Origin: Marsupella aquatica
Lineage: Eukaryota > Plantae > Marchantiophyta
DNA length: 64,000 nucleotides
Direction of reading: 5' to 3'
Assembly: GCA_973895155.1 (NCBI GenBank)
Contig: OZ316894.1
Location: 25,046,709-25,110,708 of the forward strand
The notes below the pieces were generated by a model, which was not told the DNA's origin, did not search any database, and saw only the letters and a list, made by a program, of their open reading frames with translations. Shown piece by piece: positions 26,401 through 39,567 of this stretch; the first letter of the stretch is position 1, and each line of letters begins with the position of its first letter. A program made the position numbers and the translations under genes.

Positions 26401-27380
26401 CTTCCGCAAATATCTCGCCCAGTGAGCCCAAGAGGTACGCAGGCTGCCTGAAATCAATGCAATTCCAAGTGAAGCTTAACCCCTAAACCCTGAACCATCA
26501 TCTCTGCAAACTTTACACTAAAAGTGCTCTGATTCAATGTTCGCTGCGAGGAACTAAATTGGCAGTTACATTGTCGACAATTGAAATCGATCATGATAAG
26601 CAGAGTAAATTAATGAATTCAACAATAGTAAAACAATTTAGCATTCTGAGCGTGTACCTGGATAGGGGTAGGTTGCTTATAACCAAGAGCGTCACACGCG
26701 CGGATCAGAGAACGCGAAATGTTGAGCTCCATAAAAGATGTGGCACTGAACGAAGCCCCTTCCGAGGACGCGAAGAAGTTCTTCGGACTCTTCTTCCCAT
26801 CTTTGTCATGCTCCTTACTAGCTTCGGGGGCTGCCTCCTCTATGACCACTGCCTGCCGCACCTGTTGCGCCTCATCATCATCATCATCGTCGTCATCATT
26901 ACTATCATCGTCTTCTTTTCCTTTAAATTGTCCCCGTGCATGCACCCCATTACTTAGTACCTGCTCGGACTCATCGTCCTCTTCCGATGAGGCATCCTCA
27001 ACCTCTCCAGCCCCAACCTCCTCTTCCTGCTCCTCCTCGTCTTCATCTCCGTCACTGTGTTCCACTCCATCTGCTAATTGATTGTCCTCTTTCTCGTCCT
27101 CCTCTTCGTCCTCTTCGTCATCTGAATCTACACGTTTGCGGCTGGTTTTCTTTTTAGATTCCTCCTGCTGCCTGATCTTCTCTGCTCTTCGCTGCTTTCG
27201 GCTCCTGAGCTCGGAAATTTTGTGGTCAAGGGACGTTGTATTCCGCTTAGCATGCTCGTCCTTGACTGCAGCAGAGTAGCCGCTGAATTCCCACGGAGAC
27301 TGCACCGCAGGAGCTGCTGCAGCTCGTTCATCCCTGTCAACCACCGCCTCCCCTGCATCGAACACGAACTCCCGATTCAT
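20401..27380 (-). CDS. RH28: DEAD-box ATP-dependent RNA helicase, DDX27/Drs1/RH28 type (ribosome biogenesis), ~18 exons
   Basis: Acidic N-terminus; Q motif [10 protein letters not shown]; AVTGSGKT, PTRELA, ATPGR, DEAD, SAT, ARGLD and HRVGRTAR motifs spread over minus-strand exons; basic C-terminus FKSKTR|YKRR* with last micro-exon 20401-20416. Confidence 0.93.
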
Positions 27381-27792
27381 CGTCGAGGTATTCCACTAAA
27401 AATCCTCTAGATATTCTTCTTGCCCGCCCTTCCACAACTGAGCCCCGAAATCATCATAGTTTCCTCCCGCATTTGCCAATCCCACGCACAGCCACCACCG
27501 CCCGTCCGGGCAATTACTCGTTAGCAGCTCTACTTTGCCTCATTTCCAGCTGGGAGCAGGGCCGCGGCTGATGGAACTCCTGCATCGGATATCATATCCT
27601 CAGGCATGGGGACCCTGAGTCGCCTGTGCGGAATCCTGTTCGTTATCCGAGAATTCTGTGCACTGAATTTTGAAGTGGAATTTTGAGAGCTACCAGGTCT
27701 GTAGAGCATTTCAAGGTTACGGAATTTCCTCGAGAGAAAACCGAATGGAATCGAGAATGCTTCTCACGGACTCGAGAATGCCAATTCAGTTT

Positions 27793-27858
27793 TTGGCCCA
27801 GTCTTTGAACCCTAAACCCTGAAACATGAAACCCCGCCCTGTTCGTCCAAAACCCTAA
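27793..27858. promoter_or_regulatory. Site II element plus telo-boxes upstream of the helicase
   Basis: ggccca (TGGGCC on minus) at 27795-27800; aaccctaaaccct at 27808-27820; aaaccctaa at 27850-27858; ~420-480 bp upstream of the ATG. Confidence 0.5.
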
Positions 27859-27989
27859 CGCGACAACTACTCTACTCTTCTGCGTTACGCCCAGAGTACC
27901 CTTACATATGTCAGTGGTGGCGCCTGGCGTAAAAGTGTGTGCCAACACTGTCAAATGAGAATTGTTTTTCATGGTACCTACTAGCTCAA

Positions 27990-28790
27990 TATAGGTGTCT
28001 TGCACAAAAGAAATAGTGTTGGCCAAGATGTAGTGTCAACCAAGAGGTAGTTGAGAGAAAAGATGTCATGTCAGCCAAGAGGTGTGGAGATAAAAGATGT
28101 CATGTCGGCCAAGACATCATTGAGAAAAAATACCCATGCGTTGCACAAAAGATGTTCTGTCGCCCAAGATGTTGTTATGTGAAAGATGTCATGAAGTAAA
28201 AAGATGTATTTAATAAAAAAGATGTCATTTTACCAAAGATGTCATTATGTGAAATATGTTGTTAAGAAAAATGTGTCATTTTGCCAAAGATATTGTGAAG
28301 TAAAAGATGTTATAAAAAAAAGGTGTCGTTGCATCGAAACTACCATAATGTGAAAGACGTCATGAAATAAAAAGTCAATGAGAGAAGGAGTGAGTCTTTT
28401 TCTTTGTTATTTTTTCCCCCAAAATGCCCCTGCATATGAATGACGACCACTCTATAACTTGGTGCAACGTTATATTATCGATTTTAGGTTTAGGGTTTAA
28501 CAAAGATGACCATTCTGTCGGTATCTTTTCAATCCCCATGCGTTGCATAAAAGATGTTATTTGGTTAAAGATGTTGTTGATAAATAGATCATGGTGCAAA
28601 AGATATTGTTGACTAAAAAAAAATTGTTTAAATACATTATTGCACAAACACTTTTGTTGAGTGAAAGATATCATTGTGCAAAATAGTGGCTATGGCAGCC
28701 ACAAAAGCTCCATTTTTTTCTTTTATCCTTGCACAAAAAAAATCTTGAATAAAAGATGTCATTGCACAAAAGACTGACTATGATAACCAC
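27990..28790 (+). repeat. Degenerate ~19-20-bp array with aagatgt(c/t) core
   Basis: Many aaagatgtcat / ccaagatgttg motifs at short spacing. Confidence 0.75.
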
Positions 28791-29435
28791 AAAAGTATAA
28801 CAAAATGAGAGATGTTTGTTTCCTTTTTCCCCTTTTTTTCTCTTATGTTCCTTTTAAACCTTAATCTCCCCTTTTCCCCATTTTCCTATTTTTGGTCTTC
28901 TTTTTTTCACATTCACCATCACTCACTTGTTCGCCGCCCCCCCCCTCCCCACCCATGTGAGATTGAGGGGCTACCCTACATTGCAAGTGTGCCCCTCGCT
29001 CGACACCTTGCCATCAACGCCCATGCCATGCATTTCACTATGTCTTTGGGCCTTATTACTTTTGTTTTTTGGTATTGAAAATGACTGTAAACTCAACACA
29101 AATATTGGGAGAATAGTTTTTATTGATCTAGTGACTAAAATATTATTAGCAATTAAACTACTTTTACCAGTATCACACAAAATTATGATGCACACAATAT
29201 TTAATATACACAATACAACCTTGCATGCGAGTATGTACAATACTTACTTGCATGGATGTATCCTCCTTGATACTCGGGCATTGTGTGAAAGTCTTTCACT
29301 TTTTTTTGCGGTGTCTAGTGTCATTATTCTTGCTTATCTTGGGCACTGGTACAATTTTTTGTGACTCACACTAAACTCAATTCACACTTTGGCTTTATTG
29401 CTTACCTTTGACCAGATTTTTTAATTTTTGTGCCC

Positions 29436-30262
29436 TGCAAATTTGCATGACAACCACTCTAAAAAGTGGTGCAAGTGTGTATTATAGTTCTTGATTCCCC
29501 ATCGCCCAATGCGCGGACCTGCACACTATTGTTGATAGGAAGTGTTTTAGATCATAATTAGATGGCCAGGTGGTAGGACTTTGCTTGGAGTTGGGGAGTT
29601 GGGGAGTTGGCGAGTTGGCATGACCATTGGATTTCAAGCGGAGTGTGTGAACTGCAAGGGTGTGCAAGCGGCAAGGAAAGTGATGGGGTTGATACGGAAA
29701 AGGCACACCATGGCACATGTAGACTTATCTCATGATTGGGGAACAATGCTACTATAATTGAATGACAATGGAGGTTTTCTGATAAGATGGCCTGACCATT
29801 GTATTTGAAGTGGAGTGTGCGAGTTGCAAGGAGAGTGACAGGTTGGTACATGAACACACACCATGGCAACTTCAGACTCATCTCAGGATTAGAGAAAAAT
29901 GTTACCATTGGAATGGCAATGGAAGTTTCTTGGCAATTTGGCCTGACCATTGCATTTCAAGGAGTCTGCGAGTTCCAAGGAGAGTGAGGGGGTTGGTACG
30001 GACAAGGCACACCATAATACCTTCAGGCCCATCTCATAATTAGGGAAATTTGTTACCATAATTGAATGACAATGGAGGTTTCCTGGCAAGTAGGCCTGAC
30101 CATTGGATTTTGAGGAGTGTGTGAGCTGCAAGGAGAGTGACAGGGTTGGTGCGGAAATGACACACCATGACACCTTCAAGCCCACCTCAAGATTAGGGGA
30201 AAATCAAGAACTATAATAAAGGGCTGCTCCCTTTTTCAAAATGTTCGTCATTTGAATTTGCA
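29436..30262. mobile_element. Non-autonomous TIR-like element filled with a ~152-bp tandem repeat
   Basis: Imperfect ~60-bp inverted ends with a perfect 17-bp core (tattatagttcttgatt 29480-29496 / aatcaagaactataata 30202-30218); gaatg(a/g)caatgga at 29760, 29911 and 30064; no TSD identified. Confidence 0.6.
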
Positions 30263-31199
30263 ATTTCTGTGTCATAAAAAATCTAAAGAAATGTAGTATA
30301 GAAGAAAAAATTTAAACCAAACCCTGCAAAAAGGTAGCCCTGCAAAACAAGTACAAACAATTCTTTTTATTCTTCCCTCATACTTTCCATATAGTACGCC
30401 AATGGATTCCCCCCTTTATCCTCCCATTGTCCTTGCAAGTACATACACTAACATAATGTATTTGTCACCACAACCCCAATCCCTCTCTATACAATATTTA
30501 CCCCTTGCCCCCATGTACAATTGGTTATGTCCAAGAGCCAATTTGGTTTAGTGGATGCATCCTATTCTTTCTTCTCATTTTGCAAGAAATTTGCATTTTT
30601 TTCACCTTTTCTAAGGCCAAATAAATATCAAATCATTTAGCTAAATGAGAACTTTATAAGTACAAAAAAAATTATAAGTGCATTTTGTACTCAAACTAAG
30701 AAAGATGGTACACTTATGAGTAAACACATAATCCAATGAAATTGCATTTACTGATAAGTGCACACCTTTTTTGTAAAGGAAAATCTGGACTTATGGACAC
30801 CAAATGTAGGGCAAGTATTCACATTTTGTGTAATGAGTCATAGGGCTGCTCACCTGTGGAGATGCCATTTATTACTAAATGCAAATTTTAGGGGGTGTGC
30901 ACTTATCAAGGAATGGGAAAACAAATTAGTGCACATCTAATTGTGAGAGTGTCACTTATCTAGAGTTAACTATATTTGCATGTAACATACAATGAACTCA
31001 ATCTGTACTCTCCCCTTCACTTGGTACGGGCTCCAAGAAAACAAGTACACTAAAAAAATGGATATGATTTTTAATGAAATGGCAACACATTGAGGGCAAT
31101 AACTAAAGCTTCATCGTGTGCATTTTCTTCACATTTTGATGTTTGATTGTGTTTCCTTTCACTTTGTATATTGTAACCTATTTTGTATATATCATTATT

Positions 31200-32850
31200 T
31201 ACACAATACATCTTTATCACATATGACATATTTCATTGAACCACATCTTTCGCATAACATTTTTTTAATTTACAAACAATATCTTTTGTGCAACTCACAC
31301 GTATTGAACTATCAAAACCTATAATATAATGTTTCTGCAATTTTTGTAGTGGTTGTTAACCGTTATCTTATATTTGTGCAATGAGGGATTTACGATATCG
31401 TTTACATAATGATATCCTTCACACAACAGCTTTTGCAGAATGTCATACTTCGTGCATTGACATTGTTTGCAAATTGTCATCTTTTTTTGTAAATCACATC
31501 TTTTGCTTAATGACATCTTTGCACAATCATATCTTTTAGTTAACAATGTTGTTTACTAAATGACGTCTTTTGCGCAAAAGCATCTTTTTTTAACAATGTC
31601 TTTCATGGAATGACATATTTTACACAAGGATATATGCATAGGGATTGAACTCATCATGTGTATTCTCTTTATAAACTTTCATCTTGACTTTGTTTTTCTT
31701 TCACTTTTTTATAAATTATTGTATCGTCCTTAGCACAAATATGTCATATTTTGTTGGCAACATGTTTTGCGCAACAACATCACCATTTACACAACAATGT
31801 ACATTGCTTAGTTAAGGACTTCTTTACTCAACCTAACATTGTTTACTAATGACATTTTGTGCTTAACAACATTATTGTTTAGTTCACACATGAGTTCACA
31901 ATATCTTTCACTAACAACATCCATTTACTTATCAACCATGTTGTACTTAACAACATAAAGCTAGCGGCACTACATCTTTTACTGCCAACATCTTTGACAT
32001 AACAACGTCTTTGGCGTCATGACATCGTTTTACGACAACATCTTTGACGTAACAACATCTTTTCACTTGATGACATCTTTCACATAACGACATCTTTGGG
32101 GCCACAATATCTTTTTACTCGATGACATATTTCACATAACGGCATCTTTTGCGATCTGCCTTTGTTGTAATGACAGGTTTTGTGCAACGCACGGGTATAG
32201 AGCTATTAGAAAACTATAATAGAGGGTTGCACCATTTTTTAAAGTGGTCATCATTCAAATTTGAAGTGGATTTTTGAGTGAAAGAAAAGGGAACTGGAAA
32301 AAGAGAAAGAAATAAGAAGTAAATAATGTTTGGTGTGAACATGTTTTCCAAGCAAGAAAAATACAAAATATTTTACCCTCCATGCTACACCATGCTCCTC
32401 CCTCTACCATCCATGCTAATCATGCATACAAAGTGCTCCTCCCTCTACCATCGATGCCATACTATGCTCCATGACATATCATCCATGCATAGGTAGTGCT
32501 CCATCATGACAGGAGTTTAATTACAAATATTACCTAATCAATAACATAATGCACAATCTAATAAAAAAACAAGACAAGACAATTAGTGAAAAAGAAGGAA
32601 AAAGAAAAGGGGGTGGGGGGCAGGGACGGTATTGTACTTTGGTGGTGGTTGTTGCCTTGATCTCTTTGTGTCATGATGTCTTTCACTGGACAAATGTTTT
32701 TTACACAATGAGATCTTTGTAACAAAGATCTCTTTTGCACCATGATATTTTTTCAACTACATCTTTAGTACAAAGCATTGACGTCTTTCGCCGAACAATA
32801 TCTTTTAGTAAACTACATCTTTTGCGCAACAACATCTTTTGAACAACCAC
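31200..32850 (-). repeat. Same aagatgt-core degenerate array in inverted orientation
   Basis: Dense acatcttt / atgtcttt motifs in 31200-32190 and 32670-32850. Confidence 0.7.
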
Positions 32851-35024
32851 ATTCAAGCATGTATATGGGTTCTTGTGGTTGCACCTTGTACATTTTAACT
32901 TTTCATTGCGATTGATGGGTAGTAACACTAAAATTCATTTGATGGGTTCTAAACAAGTGTAATCTTACAACGTTGTGGGGTAGAGACTACAAAGAGAAAG
33001 TCCCTCACAAAATGAATTTCAAAGTTGTGACAACACATGTTTCACTTTACACTCCCATCAAGCACCTGTTTGCACAAGCACCATATCCAACAAGGAAAGT
33101 TTTACCTCTCCAATGGTCATGAACGAGGCCAGAAACAAGATTCCAAAAGGTGACACACATTCATTGTAATAGGTAGAGAGTTTCAAGAGTATTTTTTAAT
33201 CAAGGTAAAACTCCATAAATATCTCCACTAGTTACCAAAATCAACAATGTCAATGTCACACATGTCCCCTCTACGCCAGAGATGGAGTCTACTTTCATCC
33301 TGGTTATCCTCAGGTTGATCTTCGTCAGTTGATATGCTCATGGGTGTGCTCATTCAACTGGAATTCACTATGGACATTGTGTACGTGACAATGAGTAGAC
33401 AAAGAATTCACTTCGACAACATGAGTCGGTGCCCAATGCCTAGTCACAAAAAACGAGTGCCAAATGCCCAGTGACAAAAATAGTGCCAGTGAAAGTCCTA
33501 GGATGACAACGGCCACACATGTCCTCCGAACTAACAGTCGCAAATAAAAAAATTGAGAAAACCATGTGTGGAGTATGTGAAAGTAAACCCTATGACTACA
33601 ATAGGGTAAGAATTCAAATCCAACAACATAATCCATATTCACGTCAAAGTTCAGGTACGACAACCACTATTCCGACTGTTTCCCTAACCACGCCATTTGA
33701 CCTTTATGTTCGGCCGTGCGAAGGTAGGGTGTTAGTCTTCTAGGCTACTTGGTGGGTTCTTTGTTCTTTTGTTGTTGTGGGGACTTCTTGGTTGTTGGAC
33801 CTCTTTGGTCTTCTTGGGGTATTTTCTCCTTCGTCTTCCCTCCCTTTATTTGGTTGCATTGCCTTTAGGATCCTGTCTCCCGATTGACATTTTTGCCTTT
33901 AGCACAATATAACAGTTGTCACAAGAAACATAGCTTTGCCTCCCACAATATAGTACACTATCTACATCTATAATATGCAATCCCGCCACAATTGGCTCAT
34001 TGTCTGTGTATGAAAAGTAAAAAGAGTGGGAGTAAATTCTGACCATCCATTAAAATTACAATTTATTCTCACCCTTGGATCAAACCAAAAGTACATGCCC
34101 TACCTCCTTTGGCTGTCCTGTTTGTGCTGCATTGGGTATATACCCCTATGGTAGTATTTAGGTCCTTACTATATTTCACAATACATCATACCATTGTACC
34201 TTCCTGCTCTACCCTAGATGTTGGTACTATCTACAACTATAATAAGGGATCCCGCCTTTTTTGTCCTTTGTCCCCATACAAAAAAGCTTCTGGGCGGGAA
34301 AGATCCACAGCCGTTGGATTTGATTAGCTATTTTTGCTCTATTGATGAGAGAAATGTACACCCCTATCACATATTTGCTTTCCGCTGCCCCGTAATGCCC
34401 CCGGCCAATCCCTATGGGCCTGCCCTCCTTGCACAGTGCAAAGCACTGGCATAGGGCTCGTGCACAATAGTATCTTTGAGTCCATTGGTCCAATATGCCC
34501 TTCTACCCTAGAGGCCAGTACCCTGTGTACAATGGTACCATCCGCTTGTGTAAAGATAAGTACCAGTATTACATGTCAGATGTGATTGTATAGTGTGCAA
34601 GGAAGATACACAAGACTTTAAAATATTCACTTCCCAAGAGAGAAATGAATAGTAGTACACAGGGGAAGGAGGGCCATTGAGGGAAAGAGAGGAGGGAGGG
34701 GAATAAAAGGATAGAAATATAGAGAAAAACTCAACAAAAGTAAAAAAATTGCGAAATGAAAAAAAAGTTGGGACAAGGAGAGGAAGGGAGCTTTGATCTA
34801 ATGAAAAAATGGCTATGCTAATATTTATTTATTTGCCATAAATAAATTCTAAGCCCAATCAAGGTGAGAAAATGTGAAGGTGAGAAAAGGATGTGAAGGT
34901 GAGAAAAGGTCCAAGTGTGGACTTGAGCCTAGACCTTTTGATGTCTTGCCACCGTCTCCCATCTTGCGCTCCTCCTCCCATTCCATGCACTTACCCTTCC
35001 CAATTTCAAGTTGACATGTTTTGC

Positions 35025-35750
35025 TCACCTCAATATCTTTTATCACCTCAATTTTTTTTCTCTCCTTGGCATCTTTTACCACTTCAACATCTTTTATGAC
35101 CTTGCATTTTTGGCTCACCTTAGCATTTCTTTTTTCTCAACATCTTTTATCACCTTGACAAATTTTATCACCTCGACATCTTTCTCCTCAACACCTTTTA
35201 TCATCTTGACATCTTTTTTGTCATCGACATCTTTTATCACCTGGACATTTTTTATTACCTAGACATCTTTGTTAGGATTTACTCTTAGGTCTAGAGTTAC
35301 GACTGCACCGTAGTTAAGGCTAACTTTAGTCGTAGACTTGGTTAGGTTAGTCATGTTGTGCACACTCTATAACCAAGCGGTGTTTGCTTGGAGAGTGGGA
35401 ACTCAGGCTCATTATTACGGAGCTAGTTGAGAGATAGTTAGAGCTTGCATTGTGGATGCTTGGTATGGTCGGTCGGCCTAGAGTGCCGTAAAGCTCATGT
35501 GTGTTCCTGTGGACGTAGCCTCATGTGGAGGTGAATCACGTATCTCTCTGTGTCGACTCTTGTGTGTTGGATGGTTCTTGGGCTTGCCATTGCGATTGTC
35601 GTCTATGCTCTGAAACAATCTTTTCTCTCCTCGACATCATTTATCACTTGGACATCTTTTCTCTACTCGACATCTTTCATCATCTCGACATCATTTATCA
35701 CCTTGACATCTTTTCTCTCCTTGACACCTTTTATCACTTCGACATCTTTC
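35025..35750. repeat. 18-bp minisatellite (cgacatctttt-atcacct/ctctcct) interrupted by a solo LTR
   Basis: Unit repeats across 35025-35269 and resumes at 35618-35750. Confidence 0.88.
35270..35617 (+). mobile_element. Solo LTR (348 bp), probably copia-type
   Basis: tgtt...aaca ends; 5-bp TSD ATCTT (35265-35269, 35618-35622); shares gtggacgtagcc...gagg(t/c)gaa(t/c)cacgta with the LTRs at 3784 and 7945. Confidence 0.88.
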
Positions 35751-36399
35751 GTGCAATGCACGAGCATAGGGCTAGTACATGTGTGGCAGGAACTTATCTC
35801 TCTGTCCTATAATTTTCCCATGCTCATCAAGTGTCAATCAGTTCATTCTCACGTCTTAGACATTGATTGTCAGGACACGGTTTGAATGACCTCTAACAAT
35901 TGGATGAATTGGGATGACCATTTGACGGAAGATGATATCAGATATCTCAAATTTGACAACACAAAAAGTTTGGTGTACTAGAGTCAAAGTTTTGAAAACC
36001 ACTCCATTCTTGTGCATTAATTTTTGCTTTCATAGTATCTTGTACTATAATTATTTACCAATGTTCTCATGATTGTTCTCTTACTTTATGGGGAATCACT
36101 CATTGGATTATTAGAACGAGGTGCAAACAAATGAAGATTCTTTTTAATCTTGTTAGGGTAATAAAATTTATAATCAAAAACTTATACTAAAGGCATTTAA
36201 AACTCCACTTTGGTAAACATTTTAGTTTCTATATTCCGCAAGGTATTTAAGAATTTTTCAAAGTTGTATAATAAAGGATACAAAGGTATTTTTAATTGAA
36301 TCTGTTTTTTATGAGTTTTTTCAAATTTCATTGGTTTGTTCTCATGTGTTTAGGGTTTTTACTCTAAGTGATTCCCCAGGGCTTTTTGGAGTATCTCCA

Positions 36400-37450
36400 A
36401 GCTTGGGTCTACAAATGAAGCACTTTGTGGGTACCTCAACTCTGCAATGAAACCGACACTTAGTGTGTCTTAAGGTTCAATGGACCTATTTCTAGAAGTA
36501 AGGGATTATCCAGAATTGGCCTCCTATGGAAGAAACAGAAAAATTATGTCTCCCATTACGAGGCACAAGGGGCAATGATCACTCCAGGTCATACATATAA
36601 TAGTGGTTGCACAAAAGCTTAGTGTAAGATAGCTCCCTACATGGAACTGGGAGATCAAGCCATTTCATTCTCGTTACTAGCAACTCATGGTAGTATTTAT
36701 TTGGATGTAGTGCTATTTCTATTGTGGTGGTTTGCTTGCTGCCCACATTTTCTTGTCCCTTGTTCTATAAGTGAAGTGCAATACACAACAGAAGCATTGG
36801 AGTTGTGGGGGTAGTGATGGGACCCATTGCACTAGTATTGTTTACACATTGGGCCAAGAAGGGGTGGTGCCAAGAGTGGGAGGTATGCATGGGGGAGGAG
36901 TGTCTGAAGCACCAAGTCAGATGTGGGGGTCTATCAAGCCACCAACTTTTCCCAGGGGTTCACTTACCCATTGTCTTCATTAAAACCCCACTCACGGATT
37001 TTAATATTAAACATATGGGGCAAGTAGCCTCTTCGGAAACAGTTCATAGACTTCCTTAAGGAGGGGGTGGTGATCTCATGGAACCATGACCTGTAATGTG
37101 TCTTGATCTCTTGCCCTCCCAAGGTTTGTTGTGGCAGGCAAGAGTTTATGTGACCATTAAAAACCAAGTGGTGAATAGAAAATGATCTATGGTAGAAGAT
37201 TTGGAGTTCTAAAAAGAATTGGTATGAGATGGACAGGCGAGTTGATGGGGGGAGTTACTTCGCCTGCTGGAACAAGGTCTGCGTGGGAGTGGAGGGAGTG
37301 CATTGGATCCCTCAATTGTTCATGGACGACAATGAGCAGTGCGCCATGTGGTGAGAAGTTGGCGGCAAGAGGTAAATTTGAAAAATGAGGAGAGTGGCCA
37401 ATGAGGGCCAGGGCCAGTAGGTGAGGGTGGCCGCCTGGCTCTCTTGCTCC
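36400..37450 (+). pseudogene. Possible heavily decayed LINE ORF2 3' remnant
   Basis: EKLCLPLRG resembles the W..LCLPK..GG motif, and WCQEWEVCMGEECLKH resembles a zf-RVT knuckle; many stops. Confidence 0.3.
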
Positions 37451-37920
37451 TCACAAGGCTGGTGATTTAGGGCAGGGTAGATTATGTGTTTGACCCTAGT
37501 TTGCTTTGTGAAGTAGCATTGGAATGGCTTCTGGTACCTTAGAATTGGTAAAATTCCCAAACAGAAAACAGGCCCCCCACCAAATCACCTAACCATTCTT
37601 TGGTGGTCATGGACAAGACTAAATATGAAACTTTGGAGTCAACAGACAATTTATCGCTATTCATAATACTGATGCATATTAGTGGGGAATCCAATATGAC
37701 TTGGGAGGTTGCTGCCCGCAGCCATAGCCCAACCATGATATTGATATGAGAAAAAAAGCGAGTGGTCTTTGCTGTGCAGCAGACACTCGGACTATGGTGG
37801 ACTAGCAAAGTTGGGCCGAGTAGGGGTTCAATTCAGGCTGGAAACCTATTCCTTTTGCAACAGACCCCACCCAAAGTGGTTGGGCATTTTTGCCTTTTGG
37901 CACTTTGTTATATATAGGTT

Positions 37921-38880
37921 GAGATATATGCTTGATGGGCCCCCTGGTGAACCTTTCTTACCTGATGGGCCCCTAGGTACCTTTTTTTACCAAATAGGAC
38001 CCCTTTTAATGACCAGTACACCTGTTCTTGTGTGGTGCCTACACCTGTCCTTGTGTGGTGCCTACTATGTATGGTGACTCCAAGCAAACTGCACAGTTGA
38101 ACCGTGTGATCAACTTTACATGGTCGACCAAGAAATCACAGAGATTATTCACGAGAAACCGCAAAAAGCGACTGCCGCTGTCGAAACTGCGATTTGAAGA
38201 CAATATGCATTATGTCTTTGGATTCACTGGGTTAATGCCTGAAGATACAATGGATTATGTCTTTGGGAACCTTCAATGTTCGGGAACCTTCAAATTTTTG
38301 CCGTATTGTGGGTAGTTATTAGGTATATTTTTCACGTTGCACACATGGGTTTTTCACGATGTTTTCATGCATGAGTGTCAGTGTAAGTGTGGGGTACCTC
38401 CAAATGTCCACAAAGAATATTCAAGTTCAATGTTCGGAATTTACCTACTGCCGCCACAACAAAAATTGGCAAATGATTGACAAAATGATAATACTCCCCT
38501 GTGCAATGCATACAAACAATTTCAAAAGAAGACAGACCCAAAGGTGTCGGGGTACAGCCTAAACCCTAAACCTTGAAACACGGGAAGACATAATCCATTG
38601 AGTCTTCAGACATTAACCCATTGAATCCGAAGACATAATGCATATTGTCTTCAAATCATAGTTTCGATAGCGGCAGTCGTTTTTCGTGGTTTCTCGGTCG
38701 ACCATGCAAGGTTGACCGCATGGTTTAACTCTGCAGTTTGCTTGGAGTCACCACATATAGTAGGCACCACACAAGAACAGGTGTACTAGTCATTAAGAGG
38801 AGTCATACTTGGTAAAAAAAGTTACCTAGGGGTCCATCAGGTAAAAAAAGTTCACCAGGGGTGCATCAAGCATATATCTC
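37921..38880. mobile_element. Non-autonomous Mutator-like element (960 bp)
   Basis: Ends gagatatatgcttgatg / catcaagcatatatctc; TIRs of ~300-345 bp (37921-~38267 vs ~38583-38880); 10-bp TSD TATATAGGTT (37911-37920, 38881-38890). Confidence 0.93.
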
Positions 38881-39567
38881 TATATAGGTTCATTCATAAG
38901 TGTTGAGAAAAAGGCAATCAACTTTTGGCGGGAAGCAAAAGGAGAGATGACCGAAGGCACGAAGAAGCGTGCAACTCATTAATGAGACAACCTCAATAAT
39001 AAACTTGTAACCAATCCCTCCTAATAATTCAAGTATAAATGACAAGCACTATAACTCTATGAGCGTATCTCAAGCATGACTGTATGTAAGTTCCTGTCCT
39101 TATCTGGCTAAAGGCATGGTCTACAGGCTAGTCTTGTACTTAGCTGGCTAAAGTCATGGTCTAGATGCTAGTAGTTCATGGTGTACAGACAATAATCTTT
39201 ATTTTAATTTCTCTCCATTATTATATTAGAAATTCAAACAGATACAGTAGTAATTACAAACCTAGCTAAAGTGCTAAAGTCATGGTCTAGACTTTATTCC
39301 AGATAATAGACCCTGACTGTTACTTCTCCGTGTCAGATTAATTAATATTTCTGCTAACCAGTTACAAAACGGTCGCTTCATTTGAGACACCTAATTTTCT
39401 TAATTAGTACTTAATATTTCGGCCGACCAAGTTACGACTCTCGTCGTGTATCGGTGTTTTCCATTACCATAATGACGACACCCTAAACCTTAATAATGTT
39501 ACCAGTCAATGTAAACATTGATAAATCAGTATTTCATATCCGAATTCAAAGAATATTTCAAATCCTT

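Noticed and set aside
26559-27410. Ser-rich plus-strand ORFs
   Set aside because: Antisense shadows of the acidic first exon of the helicase.
32950-34600. Possible decayed gene or TE ORF on the minus strand
   Set aside because: Many stops and no motif I could assign; not supportable without a search.
34849-35885. ORFs with STSFIT / DIFYHL / KDVEV repeats
   Set aside because: These are translations of the 18-bp minisatellite, open only because the unit is a multiple of 3.
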